Positions 21,411-33,914 of a stretch of DNA of 34,547 nt are shown one piece after another. Below the pieces are notes generated by a model, which searched no databases, was not told the DNA's origin, and worked only from the letters and a program-made list of their open reading frames with translations. Position 1 is the stretch's first letter; every line of letters starts with the position of its first letter. Source of the stretch: Octopus sinensis (Eukaryota); contig NW_021829932.1 of NCBI RefSeq assembly GCF_006345805.1, positions 1-34,547 on the forward strand, read 5' to 3'. The position numbers and the translations under genes were made by a program.

Positions 21411-21904
21411 GCTATTTTGGAATGAAAATATGAAAAGAAAATATAAAATATTAACGTGTGTGTAATGATTGCTTGGAAAAATTCTTCTGAACGCCTAATG
21501 TAATTGGTAGCGCTACAGCAGCTTATAGTACGATACAATCAGTAATAAATGATCAATACTACCATAAATTTAATGAATTACAACTGCAATTACAACTACA
21601 AAGTGGTATTAATGCACTACATTTATGAACTGCATTGGTAAATTAATATGTATCGAGTCACATAATCCTGTAATAATTATAGTATTAACACAATATTAAA
21701 TTTATTGCTATAGGAATTATATGCATGAATTTTAAGAAGTGTAACGACTCATATAATCCTAGAATCATTATAGTTCCTTCGTGATTTGGTTTACCAAGAA
21801 TCTGTGTCTATAATTTTCAGTCAATGTACTTAAGAATATGGCTAAGCATATTCCCTTTAATTTGTCCCAAAATTATACTAATTGACCAAAAAAGAGAGTC
21901 GTCT

Positions 21905-22035
21905 TTTATTTTTTTGCTTGTTTCAGTCATTAGACTAAAGCCATGCTACGGTAGTGACGATTTAGTCGGACAAATCGCCCCTGTACTATTTCTTTAAGTC
22001 TGGTACTTTTTCTATCGGCCACTTTTGCAAAAGTG
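21905..22035 (-). mobile_element. SINE S1 3' end, degenerate
   Basis: CTTGTTTCAGTCATTAGACT..GCCATGCT..TTCTATCGGCCACTTTTGC. Confidence 0.6.
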
Positions 22036-22063
22036 TTGGTTTGTCTACATCTCTATAACTTCA

Positions 22064-22259
22064 GGACGCCATGATAGATCGTTAGCTCCTACATGCATTT
22101 TTTTTCTCGCCTTGTTTTTTTCTGTGTCCCTTTCTGTCGAAGAGCGTAGGCTCGAAACGTAAAAGACTTTTTCTATTTCTATTCCTGAGCGCTATACTAA
22201 TACATTTGTTTGTTTGTACTCCACCTGCCTTCGTCTTTTGTTTATTTTCGTAAACTTTC

Positions 22260-22263
<4 letters not shown>
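22064..22263 (+). mobile_element. Family J PLE-derived repeat, complete, with a variant HHR at 22130-22165
   Basis: CGCCATGATAGATCGTTAGC...CTTT CTGTCGA A GAGC GTAG GCTC GAAAC GTA AAAG...CGTAAACTTTCCCTT, followed by (TA)n. Confidence 0.7.
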
Positions 22264-22740
<477 letters not shown>

Positions 22741-22956
22741 GGATAATAATTGTAGGGAATATAATTCCAAAACTTATAGGGAAAAATTCAATTTAACAAT
22801 TTTAAATCAAATTTTACACTATACAATATATGTATATAATTTAGAGAAAAACCACTATTAAACAATTCAACAAGAAAAGATGCTATTCACACCATATAGA
22901 AAACATATGCTATAAAAAAATCAATAAAGTATAATAAATAGGAAACAGTAGTAAAA

Positions 22957-23072
22957 AGACTACGCACGTTTCATGGCTATATTTTCAAATAGATAATAAT
23001 AATAAAATCAATTCAATTCAAAATTAAATCGAACTAAAATTCTATTTAAAAATATAGTCACTCATCAGGTCT
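22957..23072 (-). ncRNA. Type I hammerhead ribozyme candidate with a 21-bp stem II
   Basis: AGAC CUGAUGA GUGACUAUAUUUUUAAAUAGA (loop) UCUAUUUGAAAAUAUAGCCAU GAA AC GUGC GUA GUCU. Confidence 0.7.
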
Positions 23073-23080
23073 AAGATTTA

Positions 23081-23800
23081 GTGGATATTTATTTATTATC
23101 GGAATTTCAATTAGAAAAATTAAAGTTGGAGGGTGGTCTATATAGGGATGACCTTAAGCAGAAACTATATAGTTTTTTTAAAAGATATGAATTGAGTATT
23201 ACTATATATAATCAGAACTATAATGTTAATTATTTAGATGCTAATTTTAATTTAATAACAAGTAAAACCCAACCACTCCATAAAATTAATGAAAACCTTA
23301 GATTTATTAATGCTAATAGTAATCCTCCACCTTCTATTAAGAAATCATTGATAGATAATACAGGTAAAAGAATATCGTTGCTTTCTTCTAATTTTGAGAT
23401 TTTCCTAAACACGTGCCTTATTATAATGAAGCCCTGCGAGAGGCGGGATATAATAATAATAATAAATTCTTTAATAATTCTAAATATGATTATAATATAA
23501 AAGATTATATAAGATTATATTATAAAAGATTATATATATATAATATAAATGATTCCTATATTTTTTATATTAATAAACCTAGCATTAAGAATTATGATAC
23601 GTTTTATTTAGGTAATTATGGTATTAATAATATGTATTATGATAATACAAAACATAAATATAATAATAGACTAAAAATAAGATTAAATTTAACTCATTTA
23701 ATGATAATAATAAATTTAATAATATGAAAAATAAATATAATAATATTAGTAATAAGAGCATAATTTAATTAATTATTCCTTATGGAACTCAAGTTAAAAC
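23081..23800 (+). mobile_element. Penelope-like element reverse transcriptase fragment (5'-truncated, frameshifted, very AT-rich)
   Basis: GGLYRDD (YxDD), NYLDANFNL, FINANSNPPPSIKKSL..KRISLLSSN, then YYNEALREAGY in another frame: PLE RT palm/thumb motifs. Confidence 0.8.
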
Positions 23801-23887
23801 AAACATTTTTAAAGAGATTTTAACTATAATTGAAGGAGGCATCGTACTCTCGCGCAGCAGATACATATATATACATACATATATATA

Positions 23888-24045
23888 TGACGGCTTTCTT
23901 TCAGTTTCCACCTATCAAATTCCCTCGCAAGGCATTGGTCAGGCCGGCTGTATGATTGAAGACACTTGACTATGCAGTGGGACTAAACCCGAAACCACGT
24001 CGCTCCAAAGCGAGCTACTTAACTATACAGCCAGGCTCGCGCTTA
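23888..24045 (-). mobile_element. SINE S1 5' half, degenerate
   Basis: CTTTCAGTTTCC..CAAGGCATTGGTC..GAAGACACTTG..GCAGTGGGACT. Confidence 0.65.
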
Positions 24046-24334
24046 TGCATTGATATAAATTTTCAAATAAAATACGTTGTAGTGGAATGTAGACACCAAT
24101 TTACTTTTAAAGGGTACCTAAAGGGAGCCCGAATCTTAAAAGAATTAGTGGAGTGTAAGCCTGGAAAGTACTCTAGTCAGTAACATTTTAGCCGAATCTG
24201 GAAACCCTGTGTGCGCGCACACATGTGTAAAGTGTGTGTGTTTGTGAGTGAGTGTGTAATGTGCATGTGTGTGTGTATATATATATATGATTTCACGTGG
24301 TCTCATAGTTAAGTGCCTCAGTAACATTGGTGTC

Positions 24335-24399
24335 TCTGATAGACATACAGACAGATGACTGACGGACGGATGGATGCATGCATAGATAGACAGACAGAG

Positions 24400-24458
<59 letters not shown>

Positions 24459-24531
24459 CAGACAGAGAGACAGACAGACAGATAGATAGATAGATAGATA
24501 GACAGATAGATAGATAGATAGATAGATAGAT

Positions 24532-24590
<59 letters not shown>
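24335..24590. repeat. (AGAT)n/(AGAC)n/(AAAG)n tetranucleotide array
   Basis: Direct inspection. Confidence 0.95.
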
Positions 24591-24591
<1 letters not shown>

Positions 24592-25733
24592 AGTAACATA
24601 AGCGCAGATGTGCAGACCCTCAGATACGCAAGTACACATATACACACATATGCACAAACACGCACGCACACATATACATACATATACACTCAGACACATG
24701 CACATATACGCATGCAACGCGTTCGCCATCGCTATATGAAGAAAATGCCAGAACTTAAGAAAGTTTTATATTTATCATCCTTTTTCCATCTTAAAATTTC
24801 ATAAAAGCTAATCGCTTGATCTCAGGTATTTCACAAACCAACAATGAAAACATTAAAATATTCCTTCATTTTTTTTTTTCTTTCTTTTTATCTTTTATTT
24901 TCCTTTTACTTATTTCCTTTTCACTTTTCCTTTTATATTTTTACATTTACGGTTTTTCTTCACTTTCGCTTTCTTACACAAAATGAAGCTTGCAAATCGC
25001 CATTTTGGAACGTTTCTCTAGCTTGACGGTTTTTCAATAAAGCTAGCGATAGCAACGTAACAAGCTCTATACTAAATATAGGTTGAGCGAATGCCAAAAG
25101 GAAATTCGTATTTTTAAATCAATTTATTCTATTCTTTCTATCTTTCTTTCCTTTTCTCTTCTTTTTGTTCGTCATTTCTTTCCCCCCCTTTTAATATCTT
25201 CGAGATACGTTGTCTAGATATTAAGATAAAATGGTTTGGGTCCTAATTATTTCATGATTACTTCTCATTTACGTAGTCTCCTGCAAAAAGCCTCGAGTAG
25301 GTGTTCTGTCTAATATTTTATTTTATCTCATTTTATTTCATTTTTTTCCTTCTTCCCTCGGGTTTTATTTAATCGTTAATCTAATGTGAGCTACCAAGAA
25401 ATTGTGGTGGGGTATCGCCTTTTTTTAGTTTCTCTTTGTGTGATGTCTTCCTTACATTACGCCGCGATCACTAAAGTTCTCTTTTATTATATTCAAAATG
25501 CTTTCGTTCTTCGCTGGATTATGTATATATACATGCACAGACACACCACGCACACACACACACATAATCCGTTTTTAACAGTTAAGTCGAAGTCGATAAG
25601 ACGATAAATTATTTCACGGTCTCTCGAAGTTTCTACATTCTTATGATGTAAGTAGCATATATATATGGGTAGTAGCATGCGTATCTATTTTATACACATA
25701 CATTAATAATATATACATATGTATACACCCAGT

Positions 25734-25915
25734 GGAGGCGCGTGTGACTTAGTGGTTATGCTGGACTCGTTATCGTAAGATTGTGGTTTCAATTCCTCGA
25801 CCGAGTGATGCATTTTGTTCTTGAGCAAAACACTTCATTTCTCATAGCTCCAGTCTACTAGGCCGGCAAAAGTGAGTAACCTTCCAACAGTCCGGCGTCC
25901 CGTCCATGTTGGAAA
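25734..25915 (+). mobile_element. Degenerate tRNA-headed SINE (D/E-like head)
   Basis: GGAGGCGCGTGTGACTTAGTGGTTA..GGACTCG..GTGGTTTCAATTCC..TTCTTGAGCAAAACACTT. Confidence 0.55.
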
Positions 25916-26131
25916 TATATTCGCCCCTGTGAGTCTATGTGACACGGAAAACACCTTTACACTTTTATCTTTTATGTGTACACGCATGCACACACACACA
26001 CATACACACACACACATATGGCCCTCGTTCGATTTAGATGATGACTACTCAGTTGTTTGATTTACTAAGCATTCTGTTCATTGACTATACATGCATATAT
26101 AAACACAGCGATGTATTTATAGATACATGTA

Positions 26132-26210
<79 letters not shown>

Positions 26211-26217
26211 ATTAATA

Positions 26218-26281
<64 letters not shown>

Positions 26282-26312
26282 GTATGTATATATGCATATA
26301 TATATATATATA

Positions 26313-26610
26313 TATAACTTAGATAAACTTAGACATATTTCGACCAAAGATTGCTCCAGGCCGTGTCTAACTTAATAGAACCACCTGATAGGATTATCTA
26401 AATCCTGTTTAATTCAAGTTTTGTTCATGGTCCATTCAAGTGGTGAGTTGTATCCAGGTATGGGTGGCTTATCCGGTATTCCTTGAAGAAATCTGTCCAG
26501 ACTCCGTTTAAAGTTGATGGGATCCTTTTCTTCTTTGATCTCTTTCGGGACAATGTTAAACAGGGCTGGGCCTGTTGAGGAAAAGAAATGTTGCTGTGAT
26601 CCTGAATTGG
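26313..26610 (-). mobile_element. CR1/L2-group LINE 3' end
   Basis: [47 protein letters not shown], the typical post-RT C-terminus of this group, plus a UTR shared with 481-585. Confidence 0.75.
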
Positions 26611-26634
26611 ATATATATATATATATATTGGATA

Positions 26635-26733
<99 letters not shown>

Positions 26734-26909
26734 ATATATGTTAATTCTTTCATTTGAGACTTGCTGATTGTGTGTTCCTGCTTTTACCTCATTATTATAC
26801 CAGCTCGGCTGATATATTGAATTTAAATTAGTCTTATGAAGTTTTCAAGTTCATAAAAATATATTTTGTAAATCGAGTGATGCCCTAAATATGTGTTGTA
26901 TGTGTATGT

Positions 26910-26956
<47 letters not shown>

Positions 26957-27258
26957 GTGTAATTTAGAATTGCAGGAAGTATATGGCTGTTGTGCATATA
27001 CTGTGCTAATAATTAATATCTAAAATTTATCCTGACTGGATTCGTAATAAGGTGGATACTGGATCATTTTCTCTGTTCGATACTATCGTGTGTGTGTGTG
27101 TGTGTGTGTATGCGTGTGTGTGTATGCGTGTGTGTGTATGCGTGTGTGTGTGTGTGTGTGCCTCTGTGTGTGTGGAGGGGTGTTTGTGTGCGTATGTGGA
27201 CATATGTATGTATCTGTATACATTTGTATATGTATTTATTGTGATATTTCTGTTGCAG

Positions 27259-27375
27259 ATGCACGATGAATTTGGTAAAGTGGCCCACAAGATGCCAATC
27301 CACATCGTAGAACCGGTGGAAAAGATGATAAACCGAGATATCAGATACAGACCAACAGCTCAGGCCTTCGCTCTC
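27259..27375 (+). CDS. SCYL2: SCYL2-type exon D, 39 aa MHDEFGKVAHKMPIHIVEPVEKMINRDIRYRPTAQAFAL (subdomains X-XI)
   Basis: TGTTGCAG acceptor, CTC|GTGAGT donor, 117 nt, RP motif of subdomain XI. Confidence 0.88.
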
Positions 27376-27479
27376 GTGAGTCTCTTTCTTTTTCTATTGT
27401 TATTCATTGAAGGTGGCAGTGGTGGTCGTGATCGTGGCTAGAAACAATATGCTGATAATGATGATAGGGGGAAGAACAG

Positions 27480-27610
27480 ATGGTAGAGGAGGAAAAGGAG
27501 GAGGAGGAGCAGGAGCAGGAGCAGGAGGAAGTGAAAGATGTGTTGAACGAGAACGACGATAAAAACGTTGATGATAATGACGATGACAACGACGATGACA
27601 ACGACGATGG

Positions 27611-27676
<66 letters not shown>

Positions 27677-27725
27677 TGATGATGATGATGATGATGATGA
27701 TGGTGATGATGACGACGACGACGAC

Positions 27726-27768
<43 letters not shown>

Positions 27769-27962
27769 GATGATGATGATGATGATGATGAATACACCGC
27801 GACGATGACGTTTATGATGATGTTAACGATGACATCGATGAACAAGACACCGACAATAACGGTCATGTTGGTTTATGATCATGTCAACGACCACCACAAA
27901 GAGAACGATAATAATGTAGATGACTACAACGATGATGACAAAGGCGACGACAAAGACGACGC

Positions 27963-28001
<39 letters not shown>

Positions 28002-28290
28002 CGACGACGACGACCACGGTGCTGATGATGATGATGATAATGATGATGATGACGACGACGGCGCTGACGATGATGATGATGATGATGACGACGACGGTGA
28101 TGATAATGATGATGATGATGATGACGACGACGACGGTGCTGCTGCAGCTGATGATGATGATGATGACGACGACGGTGCTGATGATGATGATGATGATGAT
28201 GACAGCAACGACGATGACAACGATCAAGACGACGACCACGAACGGCTACAACGCTCACGATAACATCGGCAACAATGACGACGATGTTCG
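27480..28290. repeat. (GAG)n then (GAT/GAC)n compound array
   Basis: Direct inspection; source of the poly-Asp, poly-Met and poly-His pseudo-ORFs. Confidence 0.95.
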
Positions 28291-28454
28291 ATGAAAGCAT
28301 TTATTTATTAAGCAGCAAGAAATTATGGAATCCCTCCTAAACAAGCAATTAATCAGTCAAGCAACGAAGCAGTTAATTGAGCAAGCAGCTGAGCATAAAA
28401 AGTGATTTCCATAACTGATATTGTCTGCGTAATAATGATGGAACAGCGAGAGAG

Positions 28455-28575
28455 AGAGAGAGAGGAGGAGGAGGAGGGGTGGAGGAGGAGGAGGAGGGGT
28501 GGAGGAGGAGGGGTGGAGGAGGAGGGGTGGAGGAGGAGGAGGAGGGGTGGAGGAGGAGGAGGAGGGGTGGAGGAA
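28455..28575 (+). repeat. (GGA)nGGGGT minisatellite
   Basis: Six GGGGT-anchored units with variable GGA number. Confidence 0.9.
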
Positions 28576-28834
28576 GGGAGAAACGTTAACAAATGTGAAG
28601 CTGCAACAAGGAGACATGCTTGGTCTGCTTCTATTTTTTTTTCTGAATATTCAATTAATAACCTAAGTTTAGGCTCCGACCTGAAGTTGGGGGGGGGGCG
28701 GTGATGATGATGATGATGGGGAGGAGGAGGAGGAGGAGGAGGAGGAGGAGAAATAGAGGAGAACGACAAACAAACAATAACGTTGACGTAAACGACCAAT
28801 GACGACGGCAACGATACTTACGCTAATTGTAATT

Positions 28835-28880
28835 ACAACAGCAATAACAACAATAATAATAATAATTAAAAATAATAATA

Positions 28881-28937
<57 letters not shown>

Positions 28938-28987
28938 TAATAATAATAACAATAATAATAATAATGATAATAATAATAATAATAATA

Positions 28988-29038
<51 letters not shown>

Positions 29039-29275
29039 TAATAATAATAATAATGATATACTGTCTATGTAATCTCAAGTTTTAAAACAAACATAATTTT
29101 CGTACGTTTTTTTTGTTGTTGTTTTTTAGACATTCACTAGTACAACACTAAATACAAAACCAAATATATGGCACACTAGGCATAACAACAACATGTACTT
29201 CCAGCCTGTTGTCTCTTGAGGTCTCTGGGTGAGACTTGGAGCCAACTTGTACAAATATAAAGCAAAAGTCAAACA

Positions 29276-29347
<72 letters not shown>

Positions 29348-29578
29348 TAATAATATATCGTGTTAACTGGAACGGCTCATGTACTGAGAAGAGCATTATC
29401 GCTGTAAAAACAACATCCATTCATGAATTTATTTATTCATTATTTTTTTTAAATACATATTTTACCTGTGAATTTGCGTGTGTAATCTGGGAATGCATAC
29501 AATGAGCTTCTCTGCCCGGCGAGAAACGGAAGAAAATTTGAAGAAAGAAAGAAAAATAATAATAATATAATAATAATA

Positions 29579-29645
<67 letters not shown>
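28835..29645. repeat. Three long (AAT)n tracts
   Basis: About 28835-29055, 29278-29350 and 29555-29645. Confidence 0.95.
29130..29278 (+). mobile_element. LINE-like 3' terminus with (AAT)n tail
   Basis: Homologous to 18771-18900. Confidence 0.6.
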
Positions 29646-30080
29646 TGGAGCATTTTCCCTGATAGAAAAAAAGCATATGATCAACAACGTAGATGCTGTA
29701 CTTAGATCCTCAACATTACACATTTTCCCAAAAATATCCCTGCTAGGAACAGCCCACATCCTAGGCAACACACTATCAATTCAATAATACAACCCATAGA
29801 AAACAATCCACACGCACAAGACACTCTATATAGTAAATATCCAATAAAATAAGCTACCACCAGCAGCCTAGATAACCAATGCATTACACGCACAACACTA
29901 ATACAACAAAAGACTTCACCATAAAAGAAAAGAAACTGACGCAATACAGTACCGGAAAGACTTTTCAAACTCCCAAGAACAAACAAAAAAAGAACACCGT
30001 GGCAGACACCCTAAGAACACGGAAGTGTAGCAGGTGATGCGGTAGAAATTTGCCTGAAACTACCAAATGTTAAATAATAA
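29646..30080 (+). mobile_element. RLE-type LINE 3' end and UTR
   Basis: IGAFSLIEKK..KISLLGTAHILGNTLSIQ*, preceded by (AAT)n and ending in TTAAATAATAA. Confidence 0.65.
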
Positions 30081-30347
30081 CGGTAATAATAGCGAATCTT
30101 TTTTAAGTATGTTAAACTCCATACTTAACAAAAAAGATTATTGATCGGAAGACCAGAAAGGTGACAACATATATTTAACAGACAGATGAGCCTGTAAAAA
30201 TGTTATATGGTATTACTGTTCAAGCAGATAGATTGATAGAACAGTGTCTAATCGGGTACCGATGTTGTTGAGAAAGTAGCTTGCTGGGAGGAGCTGTAAC
30301 TAATATTCAATCTTTTGAAAAATCTTTAAATTTTTTGTGAGCTTATA

Positions 30348-30763
30348 GGCGCAGGAGTGACTGTGTGGTAAGTAGCTTGCTAACCAACCACACGGTTCTG
30401 GGTTCAGTCCCACTGCGTGGCATCTTGGGCAAGTGTCTTCTGCTATAGCCCCGGGCCGACCAATTCCTTGTGAGTGGATTTGGTAGACGGAAACTGAAAG
30501 AAGTCTGTCGTATAGATGTATATATATATGTATGTGTGTGTATATGTTTGTGTGTCTGTGTTTGTCCCCCTAGCATCGCTTGACAACCGATGCTGGTGTG
30601 TTTATGTCCCTGTCACTTAGCGGTTCGGCAAAAGAGACCGATAGAATAAGTACTGGGCTTACAAAGAATAAGTCCCGGGGTTGATTTGCTCGACTAAAGG
30701 CGGTGCTCCAGCATGACCGCAGTCAAATGACTGAAACAAGTAAAAGAGTAAAAAAGTAAAGAG
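30348..30763 (+). mobile_element. SINE S1, full length
   Basis: GGCGCAGGAGTGACTGTGTGGTAAG head, GGGTTCAGTCCC B-box-like motif, internal TA/TG tract, GAGTAAAA tail. Confidence 0.85.
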
Positions 30764-31849
30764 TTATGTGAGTGTATGTAATAGTAGTTATGTGCGTATA
30801 CGTCTGTGCATTTATATATACGTATGTATGTCTTCTTGCCTATGTAAACTGACCATATACAGTACTAAACCACTTATCCGGCTCCCAAGAAACCGGAAAT
30901 GCTCTGCAATATTATGCAATATATTGTAGCCTGTCTTGAGTAAAGAGGCCCTGTTTTTTGTATTGTGCTAATTTGCATACGTTAAAAGTAGTTCTAATCT
31001 TCACTTTTTCTAGGTGGATTGATAACGATTTGACATTCTCTGCTTTAGAAGTGTATTCATTTTTACCTGTATCTCTTTGCTTTTCCTCGGATAAGTTTCA
31101 TCCTATGATCATTATACTGTCTAAATGATACAGTGTGAAATATTAAAAAAAACTTTAAGCGGATTAATAAATATCAAACAGATCCTGCTACAAAAATGTA
31201 TGAATTTGAATCTATTTTGTCTAGCGAATGTTTCAAAAAAAGATGGGTGAATGTCGCAAGGATGGCACGTATGAATGACGAAGCCACCTAGAGCATAATC
31301 CTATGAACCCGGAAAATTTAAAACAGAGGGTTACCTACTTCCAAACAAATGTGGTAACATGTAACATCATTGACCGAGGTTACTGTGGTCTTTTCCGTAG
31401 GCTTTTCTTCCCACGGATAAAGCTTATCTGCTTCCCCCTTTACACTTTACACCATGACACTGTAATATATGATCCCTATTGATCGTTTTTTTTTTTCCTT
31501 TTTTCTCCTTTTTTTTCTTCTTTCCCTTTTACGATCCCTTTTGATCGAAAACCTAACCCACCTTTTTTTTTCTCTCCCCCATAAAGAAAAGTTCTACTTT
31601 GTACTCTGTCCCATATGTGTGCAGCTCTGTGTGGGTAATAAAAAAACATAATTTGAATCTATTTTCTATAATATATTTTATATTTAAAATATATATTTAG
31701 GCTGTCGCCAGAAAACGGGAAAATCCATAAATCCGCGTACGTCCGGCCCCAAGCTTGCCGAATAAGGATAAACTTTTTCTCTCTCTCCCTCCCCCCCTCT
31801 CCCCCCCCCCTCTCTCTCTCTCTAATCCCCGCTACTCGTCTATTTTCAG

Positions 31850-31975
31850 ATGCGATACTTTCACGATCCTATTATTACGTGTCTGCAATGCTTGGATTTA
31901 ATAGAATTACAGGATGCTACACAGAAATCTGAAGTTTATGCGAGTCTAGTTCATATTCTTCCAACTATACCAAAG
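31850..31975 (+). CDS. SCYL2: SCYL2-type exon E, 42 aa MRYFHDPIITCLQCLDLIELQDATQKSEVYASLVHILPTIPK
   Basis: TTTTCAG acceptor, AAG|GTAATC donor, 126 nt. Parallels the SCYL2 segment FFDD..TLQYFD..QKSQFFKGL..VLPKLPK. Confidence 0.9.
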
Positions 31976-32417
31976 GTAATCTTTTCCCCAGTTTTTATTT
32001 GTTTATTTCGAAACCCAGTTTCGTATGATTTCTTTCGTGTCATCTTTGCAGCAGATATACTTTTACAGCCTAAACCGAGAGGTTCAAAGATCAATTTCCA
32101 ATTTTTTTGTTTGCTTTGAATAGTTATTCTTTTTTTTTTGTATCACTAGACAGTCATTATGCCAATAATAAGCACACGCACTATTTCTAGTGATCCTTCC
32201 TTATTATTCATCGACTGTTTAACATTGAACCAACTAAATCATCGATTATTTGATTAATCATTCGGTTGAGCAATTAATAGGATACGTTTTCCAAAAAATT
32301 CATTCGTTGCTATTTGTGATCCCGACCAAGAGCAGAGTGTATGTTATTGATGAAGTCGAGAAGAGCGACGAAAAAGAACTTTGACAAGCATAATTGACTG
32401 ATTTATTAACTAAATCC

Positions 32418-32880
32418 TTTTGATATGGCCAGGCTCCAGGCACAGGTGACACTTGGTGGGGGGCGTCCCTCGAGCATCACCGGATACCTAGATCCGGCCA
32501 TCCTCATAAAGTCTGGAAAGACCAGACTTTCGGCTGATTGGGTCCATAGGGTCAAAACAGCTTTTGATCCCTCCCAATCAGCCGCAGGCAAAATTTTCAC
32601 TTTAAGCAGCTTGGTACTGCTACCACCCAGACCCCGGCGGATAGAGTCCTCTATCCACTCGGGCTCAATTCCGGGTGGCAAACCAAAGACGCAAGCCCTC
32701 TTTAACTTCTTCCCACAATAACTAGGAAGAAACATTATTTCCTTCCCCTCGAGGAGCCGGCTTGCAAAATCGCAAGCTTCTTTGGGGGAGTCAATTAGCA
32801 ACCAGACCGTTGCAAATTTGACTCCCCGTGAAATAAATTTAATAGCTGACATGTAATCTGCCAGCTCCTTCAAAATTGTG
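32418..32880 (-). mobile_element. Tx1/L1-type ORF1 (gag-like) fragment
   Basis: Open frame ending YPVMLEGRPP, then frameshifted KCHLCLEPGHIKR (truncated CX2CX4H knuckle). GC-rich relative to its flanks. Confidence 0.65.
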
Positions 32881-33689
32881 GCAAGCTTCTTACCACACAG
32901 CCTCACCTGTGCCTATGTACTGTACTAATTCATGAGCAGGAACTTCAACTTCCCACGGCCGTCAAACTAGTACCTCGTACAGACTAGTATTCTACACAGT
33001 ACAGTATTAATAAATTTATATCATTTACACTAAATTCCAGATAACTGTATTTCAATTTAATTACAGTGTAACAAAATTTTTGTTTCTTTTTTGGCTTAGA
33101 TCAGTAAGTTTTATTTCCTCTTTGCTTCTATCAAAGGAAGTGACTACTATTCCCTTCAAACTTTGCTTTTCTGACGTGGACATCAATGTTTTGAAACTGA
33201 CGTATTTTCCCATTACATCTCAGACAGATTCGGCGCTGAGTATCACAGATTGATTTGTCAGTTGCTCGACCGTAACAACTTAAGCACGTCTCTTAGTGGC
33301 TGACAATATATGCATTTCTGATCATGAGCAGGAGTAGTGAAGTGGAGGGAATTATAACCATGTGTTGAGAGGGGTTCTTTGGGGTTTGAATAAATATAAC
33401 AAAAGCAAAGTTTGAAGGAAATATTAACAATGTTTCATGCTTTCTATGGGTGAATAAACAGAAAGTAACAATTGCTAACCAAGGACAGAAAGTGTGTTAT
33501 ACAATGTTATTTAAGAAACTTTTATATATGCATAACTTAGTGCGTGTTGACCAAAGTGGCCACTCCTAATTCGAATAAATCAGTAATCTGGAGAGGCTTT
33601 GGAACGAAGGATTTTGGAAAATCTATTTTGTACAAAAATCTCAATAACCCCTGCTTTCTAATTCTTAGTCCTTTTTTCTCTAATTTCAG

Positions 33690-33863
33690 AAAATTATATA
33701 CAAACATATCTATCCGATTTTATTGAACGAATGCCGTTCCCCTGATATCACCTTAGCTATGTCACCCCTATTAGGGATCATCGAATTGGCCAGCCGCGAA
33801 GAATACTCGGAAATCCTTATTAACGACATACGATACCTTATGGGGATGTCGAAACCGATTCAG
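33690..33863 (+). CDS. SCYL2: SCYL2-type exon F, 58 aa KIIYKHIYPILLNECRSPDITLAMSPLLGIIELASREEYSEILINDIRYLMGMSKPIQ (HEAT/ARM region start)
   Basis: TTTCAG acceptor, CAG|GTAAGT donor, 174 nt. EEY...PIQ matches SCYL2 EEYVKLILP...EPIQ. Confidence 0.9.
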
Positions 33864-33914
33864 GTAAGTGATGTGACTTCATTCGATAGATCAAAAGTTC
33901 TTAGGAGGTTTTAC

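Noticed and set aside
27480-28263. Poly-Asp/Glu ORF as an alternative acidic exon of SCYL2
   Set aside because: The upstream AG (GAAGAACAG) has no polypyrimidine tract, no convincing donor is present, and the sequence is pure triplet repeat.
30855-31775. Possible Tigger/pogo-like DNA transposon ends (TACAGTACTAAACCACTTATCCGGC ... GCCGAATAAG)
   Set aside because: Only a short imperfect match; no second full TIR and no transposase trace.
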